In this document: one piece after another, positions 1 through 12,692 of the stretch
Layout: every line of letters starts with the position of its first letter
Position numbering within the stretch: position 1 is the first letter of the stretch
Source: Auanema rhodensis
Taxonomy: Eukaryota; Animalia; Nematoda
Reading direction: 5' to 3'
Length of the DNA stretch: 64,000 nucleotides
NCBI GenBank assembly: GCA_964057225.1
Contig: OZ059894.1
Location: 5,890,001 to 5,954,000 of the forward strand
Position numbers and translations under genes: made by a program
The notes under the pieces: model-generated
The model's input: only the letters and a program-made list of their open reading frames with translations
What the model was told of the DNA's origin: nothing
Database searches by the model: none

Positions 1-646
1 GCACTATCGACCTTGGGATTAATTTTCCCTGTTTCCTCACTGGCTGAAGATTTCGCTTCAAATCTTTTATCTGATTTTGGTTAGTGAAATATTTGATCGA
101 TTAATATAAGTTTTTAACATTTTCAGATTTTGTTTCAAATTTCCATGAAACTAAAAATCAGCGCATTCACTCACATTACAAATTTGTAATTAGAAATCTA
201 GAAGCACTAAATCTCAACTATATTACAGCTACTTCCGGATTTTTTGTTCTTGTTGATTTCAGACAGGTAATAGTAGAAATTGTTTTTTTATATTTATATG
301 TTATACCTATATATTCTTACTTTTAGAAATTAAATGCTCCTACTTTTGAAGAGGAAACAAAGTTATGGCACAAACTAATTTCTCATGGATTATACCTGAC
401 AAGAGGGAAAGATATGAGATGTTCTGAACCAGGATGGATGCGTCTTGTCTTTGGTTGCGATAAAGAACAAGTCGAAGAAGGTAAACAGTTATTTTTCTTC
501 TGTTAACCAGAAAAAAATCCTTAATACTTTAATAATTTTAAAAAATCGTTCATGTTTTATCTATTAGTTTTATCTTTTCAGGAATCAGAAGGCTACATAG
601 CGTTTTTGGTTCAACCACATCTGTGCTTGGCTCTATTGAGTACTAG
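1..646 (+). CDS. PLP-dependent class I/II aminotransferase, ACC-synthase-like (5'-truncated; last 4 exons)
   Basis: Exons ~1-79, 128-266, 327-480, 582-646 splice in phase to ...TSGFFVLVDFRQKLNAPTFEEETKLWHKLISHGLYLTRGKDMRCSEPGWMRLVFG...GIRRL...IEY*. GFFxxVD and EPGWxRLxF are typical ACCS-family C-terminal motifs. AATAAA follows at ~691. Confidence 0.85.
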
Positions 647-1381
647 ATTGGAGATAAATATTAGAATTAATTATTATTTTAATAGTGTAAAATAAAATGT
701 TCATATTCGTTCATATTTGTATTACCTTTAAGTTATCGTTCTCCTTCATGTTCTATCATTTTTCATAGTTTTCATATACATATATCCACACAAAATGAAG
801 AATTTTCTAGCACATGGCATTCATCTTTTCATACAAAAAGTGCAATTTGGAGAAAAAAATTGATTATAAATCTTCATTTTTAATTCAAACATAACTAATT
901 CAAATATAAATTGTTTCCTGAATATTTCGTCCTTATTCATTGGGCTGCGAAACGTTGACCACTGAAGTATGAGAGAGAAAAAAAGAGAAAGAAATTTTTG
1001 AAAGTTGCACTGATATTATACATTAATTATCTAGTTGGGAATTGAATTTAAATATTTTTCAGCTTTATTTATATATAATCTTAATTGAATCTATATTTTG
1101 TATCGTATTGTCTATACAAATTTAAATTTTAAAAAATAAGAAGAAAAAAATATTCATACCAGTAACAAATTAAAAATATTATTGCCTTTTAACCATACTG
1201 TAATAATCGAAAAAAATTCCTAATTTAAAAAATATAAAACATGACAATAATAGAGAAACTATGTTTTAGATAAAGTTTCTAAAACGAATTAAGCTTGAAT
1301 GCAAACTAAGATGTGAAGAGCGCATTGATGGCACTTGGCTCATTCAATGATTCAATTCAATGATTCTTATTGTTCCGATTT

Positions 1382-3697
1382 CTATTGCTTACGGGCACAA
1401 ACCATGAACATGCCATTGATTTCATACATTATACATTTTTTATCGTCTTCAACTTGTAGACCAGCTGCTTCCAGAGCTTCAAGCATGGTCTCTCGAGTGA
1501 TGAAGAGACAACTGAATCTGCGGCCACCAAAAGAGCACCACGTTTCTTCGAGGATTCCGCCCATTATGAAAAATCCTGAAATTTTAAAGTTAAGAAAATT
1601 AAATGATTAGTGTCAAATGCAACCGGTTAATTATCTCACATATCTTCAAAATGAATCATTTTGTTCACGTGTATTTTCACGTCCCTCTTACTATTCATCA
1701 GTATCATATGCTAATTTATGTTGAGCTACGATTTGTTTAAGACTTCAGATTTTTTTAAAGAGCGTTAAGAAGTTGTAAACACATAACAATAAGCAAAATT
1801 CTATTTGTTTTAGTTTTTTCGTTTTTCACAAAATCTTGTATGTGAGAGTCAGATGTTCATCTGTGACATATGTTGTTGGAAAGTGTATCTTCTTCTGCAA
1901 TTTTTTTCCGCATTTGACGTCATTCTTGTGAGATATGGCTGGGGAATGTACTCAAAGCATTCAATTGCCATGAATTCAAAGCGAATGATCGTTTAAAAAC
2001 GAAGAGAGACCTATGAGAATTCAGGTAGCCAACAAAATTAACGTTGGCAATTGTCTGGTCAACTGTTAAGAAAGAATTAGAAAAAATCCGTGTCTATAAC
2101 ATAGACTAAGAACTAAAGTTTAAGATTGAAGATAACAAAAATGGAACATATAATCTGCTTCTACTTTTCATAAACAAATCGAGTTAGATTTGTTTGTGGA
2201 CAAATCATTCGCAAGCGAAATAATCGACAGCGAATATTATCCGAAACCTTTTTTCCCAAATTTTCTTTTCATTTTCTTTGTTTGTCTGTTGAACTGTTTT
2301 ACTTTGAGATGTTCAAAAGAAATTTCAAGATGAAGTTGTTCATATATCGAATGTTTGTGAAGAAAATGAAGTTATTCGACAAACCTCCGGGCTTGATTTG
2401 ATCCACAATGTTTTGAATGGCAGCTCTGTACTCCGCAAGCGTGTTACAGCAGTATTCAATACAAAAGATTGTGACAACAACCTGCAGACAAATAACAATT
2501 ATTTTCACTCAATTTTCAAAATAATTTAGAGTGATGTTGAAACTTACGTCAAATGTTCCTTGAAGCTCTTTGGGAGCTTCGAGCGCCGGATTGGCAAAGC
2601 AATCACAGTGATGAATAGATTTAACCTGAAAACAAGTTGTTTTAACATAAAGTTGACACATGGAATTCATACGATGGAACAATTTTCAATTTTTAATGTC
2701 ATGTTATCTCTTGTACTTTCGCGAAATTTCTTTTCATATCTTTTATCAATTTCTTTTGCCGTTTTCACTTAACGCTAGCACCCTGCTCATCCCTCTTTTT
2801 ATAACGATGCTCTCGAACCTTCTGTCTGGTCAACGGCTGCATATCTTGAAGAGTTGACCAGTCTTGCCCCTCTTGGGTGAGGATTATTTTCAATGGTGTA
2901 GACCAATCGAAATTCGATTCCTCTGCTTTCCATCGTAGCAATTCTTCCCGATTCTGAGGAAGATAGTCAGCTAAGTAAATCTGTAATATGAAAAATTGAT
3001 GAAACAGAATAGATTTAAACTCGTACTATGTTTTTTGTTGACAAAAACTGAACAACAATTTCAGTTTTATTTACTTTGTTTTTTTTTTAAGTTTTAAATC
3101 AAAAAATAAAGCTTCTTAATCAAAAATATAAATTACAAGAAATTCCAAAACGAAGGAAAACATATGTTTTTCTAGTATTGTCAATCTGCTTTTTTCTCTA
3201 TAGCAACTTCTTTTTTTCATTTCCTTTCTTCTCATACTTATATACCTCTTGAGCTGTTTCACGAAAGCAAGCAGCAACATGAATAGTCGGTCCAGCACCA
3301 AAATCCAGCAAACGTTGTATCGGTCCAATGCGTGCAACGATGTTAGGAAGAAATTTCAGAACCATTTGCATGGCAGGTTCATCAACTTTGGTGTAAAAAT
3401 CCTGAATTCTCATTTATAACAAAGAATCTTCAAACCTCCTTACTAAACCTCATTACTAAAACTTCTCTTACTCTATCTTTACAAATATATTTTTAATTCA
3501 CTTTTCTCTTTCTCACTTTCTAGCTCTCATATTGCTGATGAATTCAAGCTTGGTCTAACCTGCAGATACGCATCGGTTTTGAACTCCTCCAAGAAGGTGG
3601 ATCGGTCCAAGACTTCATTTTGTAGCTTATCCTTCTTACCTACATTCGGTAATGCTTGGATTTCATAAATAAACACAGAAGTGGAGTTGATTTCCAT
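1382..3697 (-). CDS. NNMT/PNMT/TEMT-family amine N-methyltransferase (anmt-like), 6 exons
   Basis: Spliced product MEINSTSVFIYEIQ...DAYLQ/DFYTKVDEPAMQ...RLLDFGAGPTIH.../IYLADYLPQNREEL...FDWS.../VKSIHHCDCF...FD/VVVTIFCIEY...IKPGG/FFIMGGILEETWCSFGGRRFS...ARKQ*. It contains the SAM-binding LDxGAGPT, DYxxxNREEL and KPGG motifs. Confidence 0.92.
1618..1682 (+). other. Dispersed CAACCG...ATGAATCAT...(ACGT)2 element, in an intron of the methyltransferase gene
   Basis: CAACCG at 1620; ACGT at 1667 and 1679. Confidence 0.55.
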
Positions 3698-5352
3698 TAT
3701 TCTTCAGATGAGACGGAAGGAACGATGACGGTGTAAAAAAATAAATTTTATCCGTTTAAAGTTAAAAATGATCTTGCTGTCTTCAGGAACTTCGCGTTCC
3801 TGATTCGGCTGTAATCCAGATGAAGTGCGGTATTAAAACCTTATGAAGGAAGTCTACTGTGACTTCTATAGAAAAGGCAGGAAACAGGAGAAAGTTCGCA
3901 CTGGCTGAGCTCTAAAGATGAAACTGACTAATCAACAGCACGAGAAGTTGTAGAGAAAACGAAATAGATGACGGAGAAACAAAGAAAACGAAATATTATT
4001 GGAACGTCGAGAGATAGGATATGAGAGTCATCTAACAACCTGAGGAGTAGACAGTTAAAAAGAGAGAAAACTGGGGTTTAAAGAGGGAGGAGCCATATCA
4101 CAGCCTTCGAGACACTTGACGGCCTGTCCCGTTCTTCGGGCCCTCTACACCAGATTGAGAAGCTCTTATTTCTTTTTATCTCTGTCTGTTAGTATACAGT
4201 GAAACTCAATTTCAAAGTGATAACATCAATAAAATATTGAGAAACAAACAAAGCTTTCGGTAAAATACAAGAAAATAATGCAAATGTTAAAGAAATTTTG
4301 TGATTCTTGAGAAAGTCCGAGCTGAGTTGTGAAATTAACAGAGAGAATTTTAAATGTTTGCTAAAAGGCGCCATAAAGCTTATAAGCAGAGTAACGATAT
4401 ATCTTGTCAGCTTGTGTGAATGATCGCTGGTTAAGAAAAGTGGTTGAGTAAATAAAACACTGAATTATCTATTTTCTAGAAAAATATCACTGAAATAATA
4501 TGCTTCATATCTCAAAAAAAACGTGAAAATCATCAATTTTCAGCATGAACATCCAACTACTTTTTTCTATTTTCTAGACAGCGCTCAACTCAATTGATCA
4601 AGAACTGCTGATATTACAATAAACATTTTTCACAAAGAAAAACAAAAAAAATCTAAAAGATTAAATATTTTGATTTTAGATTTTTGAGAATATTTGAACT
4701 TCACTTCTCAATTAAATTTTTTTTGTAAAATATAGTTCTGACTGAAGAGCACCAAAATATAGACCCAAACTTTCCAGCTCATGTACAACTTTTACATTTT
4801 GAACCTAAAAAAAACTGAAACTTAACTGTGTCAACTCAGATATGTAAGTAATTCTTTTGAAATAAATACATTTATCTATAAATAATTTTCTTCTAAAAAG
4901 TAGTACAAACAAATTGATATAAATATATTTATATAAATATGTGTTTTATATATATATTTATAATAAATGTGATCTAGCGTAGCGCAAATGGACGGGGCTT
5001 TTTTTCTAGACAAAAACGAAGATGAAACTATTTTGTGAATTATTGAAAAGTAGAAGACTTTTTGGAAAATTAAATTATACAATTTAAGAATACATATAAT
5101 ATAACTATACAAAATAGTAAGAAATGAGACCAATAGTATTAAGATAAGAATGTTTCAGGATACCTGTATATTTTCATAAAAAATTAAATACACATGTTTG
5201 TGAACCACCCAACAGCTCACCGAGAATTAATTATTAATCGCGTATAAAAAGGAATAAAAGAACAACGAGATCCGAATAAAACTGTGCTTAACTGAAATAC
5301 AATATTACAACAAAATACATAATTAGCTGAAGACAATTTTACCTATCATAAA

Positions 5353-6706
5353 TTATGTTTTGGATTCTTTAGACCCAAACTGGCAATCGAATAGCACACG
5401 AGAAATTTCTAGGCGAGCCAAAGCGAACGTTCTTGCGTCCATACCGGACAGAGTTTTGTGAATTGAGCGTACAAAAAGGGAAACCTAGTAGAAAAAACAA
5501 TTGAATTTCAAGTTATTTAAGTGGATATTAACCTCTGTATCTTCAGGCTCATCTTCACCCTCCTCAAGTTTTCGCTTACGCAGTGATTGGCAAGATGTTG
5601 TTGGAGTTGCAACGGGCGGAGATGGTTTTGAAACTTCGCTGTCTACTTTGGGTATTAACTGAAAAAAATGACAAAATGAGAAAAAAATAAAAATTAGTAA
5701 GAAATATAGTATGTGAAATGTCTATCATTTCTGAATATTAAAACGGACCTCAGAAGCGCCATTCACCAAAAGGCCACCACCCGTATTCGCACTAAGAAAA
5801 GAGGCATAGAATCCTTTTAAAGGATCTATTTCGGTTTCTCCTTCGCCGGAATCACTACCATCTTCTTCTTGTCGATCTATAAACAATTCAATAATAATTT
5901 ATTTTTTGTTTTTTTTTAATTTCAGTACTAAACAATCCAAAAAATACCTGGTTGAAGATTTCCGTCACGCTCGGGATTAGAAATATTTGTTAGCAATTCA
6001 CCACGCTTCCGACGGTTTCGATGTTCGACATAAGGATCCAAAAATGACATTTTTTGATAATAATAAAACCTTAACAGACATTCAATGTTAAAAAAAAATA
6101 AAAAAAGAAAAAATATACCATTTATCAGATTTTTTTAAAGGCTGTGTTGTTTTAACAACTTTACGTAACCGGACGTATCGATCTCTCATATGCCTCCATT
6201 TACGCTCCAATTCCACGGGTGGTCCTGAACAAAAGACATAAATTCAATATTAGGAAAAATACAATATTTATACTAATTTCCTACAGGAAATTAAAAATTT
6301 TCAAAAATTACTTGCCTGCGTAATTGACTTCTTTAGCCACCTGACTCCAAACATGTGCTTTGTAATCTGCCATTTTATGAAGGGGATGGCATCTTAAGAA
6401 TAAAATATATAATATATATATATTATTTTAATGTACAATTACCTATTATATATACATTGATTTTTCTCTACAGCATCGATCAGACGAATTTCAAATAAAT
6501 CATCTGCATTGCACGGATACTGTGGAGCCTACAATAAGCATAGCTTTGAAAACGAAAACGCAAAATAAAAATTTCAGTAAAATAAATAGAATATAAAAAC
6601 ATACTCCCTGAGGGTCATCTTCCATGCCTACAGTTTCAAACTCCATAGCGGGTTTACGATCTTCTAACTCATTGAGTACAATATTAGGGTTACTCTCCAA
6701 TGGCAT
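5353..6706 (-). CDS. MADF-domain DNA-binding protein with C-terminal BESS-like motif, 8 coding exons
   Basis: MPLESNPN.../APQYPCNADDLFEIRLIDAVEKNQCIYNR/CHPLHKMADYKAHVWSQVAKEVNYA/GPPVELERKWRHMRDRYVRLRK.../WFYYYQKMSFLDPY (MADF), ending VSLFVRSIHKTLSGMDARTFALARLEISRVLFDCQF (BESS-like). The model needs a GC donor at 6315. Upstream non-coding exons are likely (acceptor ~6732, donor ~9394). Confidence 0.88.
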
Positions 6707-8639
6707 CTCAATGTAGCACTGCTATAAACATCTGAAACTAATAACTATAATAAACCATATATTGTATGAGTATTCTGCAACAATTTTAAAGAAACATAGA
6801 TATTTTCCAAGAAAAAAAACTGGAGTCAAGAGCAAAAATCAATAAAATATCGATGAATACGTGTGGCTTAAATTGTGGACAGATGTGCGCATGGCCTGTT
6901 GCTTATTCACAAATATTTCTATAAAAACAATGTAATTTTAACGAAATCATCGATTTTTCCAAAATGTATATGTATAAATAGAAATGTCTCCACACCAAAA
7001 CAATGATAGAAATAAGCGAATGTGAACGATAGACAAGAAAAGGTACACACCATATTTGTAGAGTGATACGTATGATGCGTAAAACGAATGACATCATAAT
7101 CAATGGAGTAATTATAATTAGAATATAAATAGTTAGTTTGAATGTTGCAATCAATATGTTAACTGCGTTCTTACTCATCTGAAATCGGTGAAAACGACGT
7201 TGCTATGTATTCGTAATTCCTATTTCCATGTAAGGAATGAAAAGGAAAAAAAAGAGAGAAAAGGCGCGCAATTCAAGCAACAACACGGTTTTGATGGTAA
7301 TGATGGGACATGAATGCAACATTCCGTTAAGAAAGTAAGAAAATGGGAAAGAGATATAGCAAAGAAAAAAAGATAAGAGACTAGTTTGATAAAAATAGTT
7401 TTTTTTTTTCATTCAAATTTATATAAGTTTAATAGAACAAAAGTATCATAAGAGAACATGATTTTGTGAAGTCGTACCGTAGGAAAATAAAATTTGGAAA
7501 AAATGACCATTTGTAAATGAGGTTCGAGTCAAATTTCTGTTAAGTATTATAAAAGATTTTCATCAAAAAATTAATTTCATTATTCGTGATATTTGAATAT
7601 ATTCTTCGGAAATATTACGGAATGGTACGCGAACGAAAAAGTGTCGTAATCGCAATAGATATGGAAGAAGGTAGAAAAACGATAACGCAAGATAAGGAAA
7701 AAAAACGTAAAAAAATTGCATAGATCAATGAAGTTATACGTATTTATGTTTATAATTTTAAGCTAAAACAAAAAAGGTATGCTTGAAGATTGAGAAACAA
7801 AGAAAGCAAAGATATGCGACGAGGTCGAACGAAGGCCGTCGATAGCTGATGGCATAGTTGCTGTTGTTGTTGGTATGATGGGGAGGTGTGTGCTGTGGGG
7901 CTTGTCGTGCGTTCAGTTGGTATGTGTATCTATCTCTCTCGCAATATGCTATCGTTTTTTTTATTATTTTAGTGGTCTTAGTATGAATCAATGCGTATGA
8001 AGTCGGAATTTCATTGAGCTTTCGCTACTATATAACTACGACGAAACCGAGCACAACGACAACTGGAATATTTTAAAGGTAGATGATAGCTAGATAGTGA
8101 TAAGGATGATGACTATGGAAATTGTGGCACGATTTGATAGCTTGCTTGCTAGCTAGCTGGTTAGTTGGTTAGTTGGCGTGGGTTTGACTGGCGCTGTGTG
8201 TCTGTCTCCGCGTCTGGCGAGGCAGTAGTGGTGGTAGGGATGACGACGATGTGGTGGAGACTGCAGTAGAGTTGTGTGTGTGTATATATGTCTGTTGGGT
8301 CTGGTGCGTTACGACGGATCGATAGCGTCGTCGGGCAGAGAGCGAAAACAGCTGGGGTAGTCGCGTGGTCGACTAAAAGAGAGAAAGAGAGAAAAAAAGA
8401 AAAAAAGGAAAAGGAATGAGAAATAGGGAGAGGTAGAAATGAAAGCCGTTTGAAAGAGAGGAGGGTGAGAGAGAAAAAAGAGAAAATGTCAGTCGTTCAG
8501 TGCTAGAAGAGAGGGAAGAAAAAAAGAAAGCTATGCAGATAACGAGAAAAGAAAAGAGGGGGAAAGGAAAAATAGAAAAGAGAACGAAGATGGAAAAAGA
8601 AAAAACATAGAGAGAGATAGAGAAGTTTAAAAAGAAAAA

Positions 8640-8735
8640 GAGTTGAGACGGCGAAGAGAGACGGGCGGCATCCCATCTCGGCGCTCAACGTAGCCGCATC
8701 GATTGCGCGCAACCGACAATGCGCGGGGCACACCA
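8640..8735. promoter_or_regulatory. CpG-rich patch with a TTGCGCGCAA palindrome, probable promoter/enhancer upstream of the MADF gene
   Basis: A local GC/CpG island in an otherwise AT-rich background, flanked by GA-rich tracts, about 2 kb upstream of the MADF start codon. Confidence 0.3.
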
Positions 8736-10111
8736 ACTTACATCGAAGTCAAGTTTGAACAGGAACAAATGATCGTGAAATTGCTGGTGACATTTAAAAA
8801 TCTTGAAAACTTTGAGTTGAACAGTTGAAATAGTTGCGGTAATCTCTTACCATTCTTAGTTAGCAACCTCCAGGAATTGCTATAGAATTCTTGTCAAGCT
8901 GTAGAAACAAACTTCATATTTGAAGAGCTAACTTTCGCAAATGTAAGGCTTGAAAGATAAAGAGGAAGAAACAAAAAACCGTGAATAGTTGAAGTCGAGA
9001 GTTTCAGAAAGTAGTAGAAAGGCAGGATAGAAGCACCATATAACAGCAACAGCATTAGTAGCAGCCTGTGCAATAGCATAAAGAATGGGCTGACGAAAAA
9101 TGCGTCGCGAATCGCTAATTGACGCAAATATAGGCGTCATCGGAAGTTTCTATTGCTTCAAATCTTATGAGAAAAGTTCAAGAGGAAAAGTTAGTGGAAA
9201 AAACAAGGCAATGACAAGATATAGAGAAAAGGTGGTGAAATAAAGAGAGCCAGAGAGAGCCACGGAGAGCACGAATAACGAAATAAAATCTTTTGATTTG
9301 GCGTAATATTTTAGCAAAACAAGTATAATTTTTTTTCCGTCAACCTCTCGTTGCGTTAGAAATAGTTAGCAACTTGGCCAGCTGGAAACATTACCTGCAG
9401 CTGAGTTGTGTTGGTGGTCGGTCCTAACCCAACCCCGAAAACGACAACTACCACAACCCAACCAGCAACGACACTAGCAATACCGAAAATTCGATAGCCT
9501 TTTTAGGAATGAGATGAAGACCGAATAAAACATTGAAAAAGCAGAGAGGGAGCAAAGTAGAGAGAAACAGCCAAAGATAAAAAGAGAAAGAGGGTAACAT
9601 TTGAAGTGAGTAAAAAGAGAAAATAGAATTGACGGAGTAGAAGATAGTGTTGAAGATCGGGGTAAAACTAAAACGTAGAGAGAGAAAAAAGGAGGAAAAG
9701 GATAGAAGTCGGAGAACGAAAAGAGAGTTATAGAGAGAAAGACAAAAAAAGAGAGGAAAGAGTTTAGGAAATAAAACGTTCTGACATCTAAACATTGGAG
9801 CAAGCTTAAAGCTTCTATAAGCAAAAAAGTTTCACCTAGTATTCGAATGATGTCACAAAACTGAGCTAAAAAGAAATTAAAATTTTCAAAAAAGTTTAGT
9901 TCTATGCTTAGATGAAATGACATACATAAGTGTACTTTAAAAAAAGAAAATTTATTCAAAAATGCCGAGATTATCTGGTAGTATGTGTTTTTTGGTGTGG
10001 GAAAAAAGTGTTCACATTGTTCAAGTAATGATCATGAATTCTCAATCCTTTTTCTTTTCCTATTTACTATACTATAAGCATACATCTGATCTGTATCTCT
10101 TAGTGTAGACA

Positions 10112-10120
10112 TTTCTCTCT

Positions 10121-10168
<48 letters not shown>

Positions 10169-10546
10169 GTCTTACTACTTATTCCTAATAACTTCTTGTT
10201 ATAAGATAACTAACTGATACTAAAGAAATATTATGCATATGCATGTTATTTTAAACAAATGTAGATAACGTAAACCATATCTGATGTACTAAACTACAAA
10301 CATAGTATATAGCTTTTAGAGAAAAAACGAATAACTGAATCATAACCTGTTAGTATATTAATAATAGCAATTTATAATAATGTTATATAATTCGAAATTA
10401 ATTTTTCTGTAATCTCATGTTAAACCAGGTTATTTGTTGTCTTCTATCTTTTACAATTCAAGCCATTGAGAGAGAACATTTTGAGATGAAGACAGGTAAG
10501 GATGAAACTTTAGAAGAGACAAAGAGAGAAACGAAGAGAAAGAAAT

Positions 10547-10599
<53 letters not shown>

Positions 10600-10612
10600 A
10601 TCTGAGAGAGAT
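10112..10612. repeat. (CT)n microsatellite at ~10128-10161 and (GA)n microsatellite at ~10553-10594, in inverted orientation
   Basis: Both dinucleotide runs are directly visible. Confidence 0.9.
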
Positions 10613-11211
10613 AGAATTGTCTTAAAAATGGAAAAACTGTGCTTCAATACTTGTCATTCTTTGCTTTTATTCTTCAATTTTCTGTTTGTCATAAAGCCAG
10701 CGTTATTTAGGTCCTTTATTGCCGTTTCCGGCCGTTCTCATTTCTTGTTTTATCTGAAATTGTTGCGATTTCAGAAAAAAGTTGAAAAGCTCCTTTTCTT
10801 CTTTTCTGTTGTTGTATTTTTTCTCACTTTGAACAGTTTCTCAGGTTCTCTACATCTTCTCCTCTCTACTGGCTTCTACTCTTTTTGCTCATTTTTCTTT
10901 TTTCGTCTTGGTGGATGATAGTTGCATAAACATTGGCTGACCGCTCTTTTTGTTTTCTTCCAAATGATGTTAGTCATCATTTTTTCAATCAAAATTTTTT
11001 TATCAAAATGACGGTCGAAGTTATCAAATCTGGCGTCAATGCGATTGTTGAAAAGTTTTCACATTGTTGTTCATTCTTCGTTAAATTCTCATGATAGATA
11101 ATTGTTTTTCAAATAACTGTTTATATCAAAGCAGAATATTTCAATAAAAATTCATTTGTAATGAGTTCTATATATACAAATATCAATCAAGTCAATGATT
11201 GCCGGTCCACT

Positions 11212-12692
11212 TTACTTGCGGCAGCACTGTCCGTTGTTTCCACATGGGCTATAGTTTGGTTTACATTGACACTGAAAATAAAAAGTTGAACAACTTCATC
11301 GATAAATTCCAAATTCTTACGGTTGTTGTGGAAACTTGGGGTTCACATGGTATGACTTGTGGTTGCTGTTGAACACATGAAGTGTTGCAGGTTTGTTGAC
11401 AGGCTGGTACGCACTGTACAGGATTTTGTTGTTGTTGGACACATTGTTGCTGGCAGGCTTGTTGGCACAAGGGTTGGCATTGAGGTGATTGGACAATGCT
11501 GCTCAGAAGTTGTACCTGATGAAGACATGTTAATTAAAAAAAGATTGATAAAAGCCACCTTAATTTGGACTTGGGTGCTGGTTGGTGTTGATGGAGCACA
11601 TGATGATTGACATTGCTGGCATTGTTGGACTGGCTGAGATGGAGTACAAGCTTGCTGGCATTGTTGAGTGCATGAGCTCTGCTAAAAAGTTTAAAAAAAT
11701 TATATAAAAAACGTTTGAACGTCAAACCTGGACCATTACACAAATTGGTTCGCAAGCTGGTTGACAAGCTGGAAGACATTGGTTCAAGATAACTGGAGCC
11801 ATTGTGGTGGTTACTGGAGCACAAATTGGAGCACACTGAATCTGGCACTGATTTTGACATTGAACTGGATTTTGTTGGCCACAAGATTGCTGACATTGCT
11901 GTTGGCATGGTTGACACTGTGGAACTGTAGGCTGTTGGCATGAAGCTTGACATTGCTGTTGGCATTGTGGAAGACAGATGGAGATGGAAATGCTCTGTTG
12001 CACACAGGATGTTTGACACTGCTGAATACACTGTGGTTCACATGCTGGAGGGTTGATGACGGGTGGAAGAGTGACTGGAGGTTGGGTAACAGCAGGCATG
12101 CAGGAAACCTGACATGTCTGAACGCAGATTGGTTCACAGCTAGGGGTTTGGATAGGCTGACACTGTTGGCGACATGATTCCTGACAGGCTGGCACGCACT
12201 GAGTGGTTGGAACCTTAAATTTTAAAAAAATTATTTTCTAATACTGTTTCCAATACCTGATAAACAATTGGAGCTGGAGTTGTGGGAGCACATCCACATG
12301 AACTTGGAGATTGTTGCTGTTGACAAGAGCAAGACATTTGTTGCTGTGGAGCTGAAGGAACACAGGAGCATTGAGCAACTTGGGGCTGAGCACAATTACA
12401 TTGTCTCTTCTCTCTCAAAGCAGTAGCCTAAAAAATGAATTAATAATTTTGTTCTTAAACATATAAAACTTCAAAAGCATGAGAATTTTTAAATTACATG
12501 CTTGTTTCAAAATAAATGGGAAAATGTTAGAAAAAATGTAAAGTTTCTCATAGAATTGTTTTGAAACTTGTTAAGCAGAAGATTGTTGAATTATATCAAA
12601 ATTATTAAAAATTAGGTAATTATGTAGTTTAAACTTACAGATGTTAAAAGAAGACAGCTAGATAACACAGCTATAGCCAAAGTATACTTCAT
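11212..12692 (-). CDS. Secreted Cys/Gln/Pro-rich ABU/PQN-family protein (pharyngeal cuticle type), 6 exons
   Basis: Signal peptide MKYTLAIAVLSSCLLLTSATA, then LREKR/QCNCAQ, many CQQQCQxSC and CxPACQ repeats, and C-terminus CQCKPNYSPCGNNGQCCRK*. All introns are phase 0 GT-AG. Confidence 0.9.

Noticed and set aside
8150-8180. TTGGTTAG-like repeats as interstitial telomere
   Set aside because: There are only about two units and they are not the nematode TTAGGC repeat.
8503-9959. Long Phe/Leu/Ser-rich ORFs (also 22672-23350, 48049-48764 and 51391-51666)
   Set aside because: They arise from CT/GA-rich low-complexity non-coding DNA that lacks stop codons on one strand. They show no splice-phase or family support.
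11343-12177. Overlapping alternative-frame and antisense ORFs over the Cys/Gln-rich gene
   Set aside because: These are shadows of repetitive CAA/TGC codon usage in the real frame.
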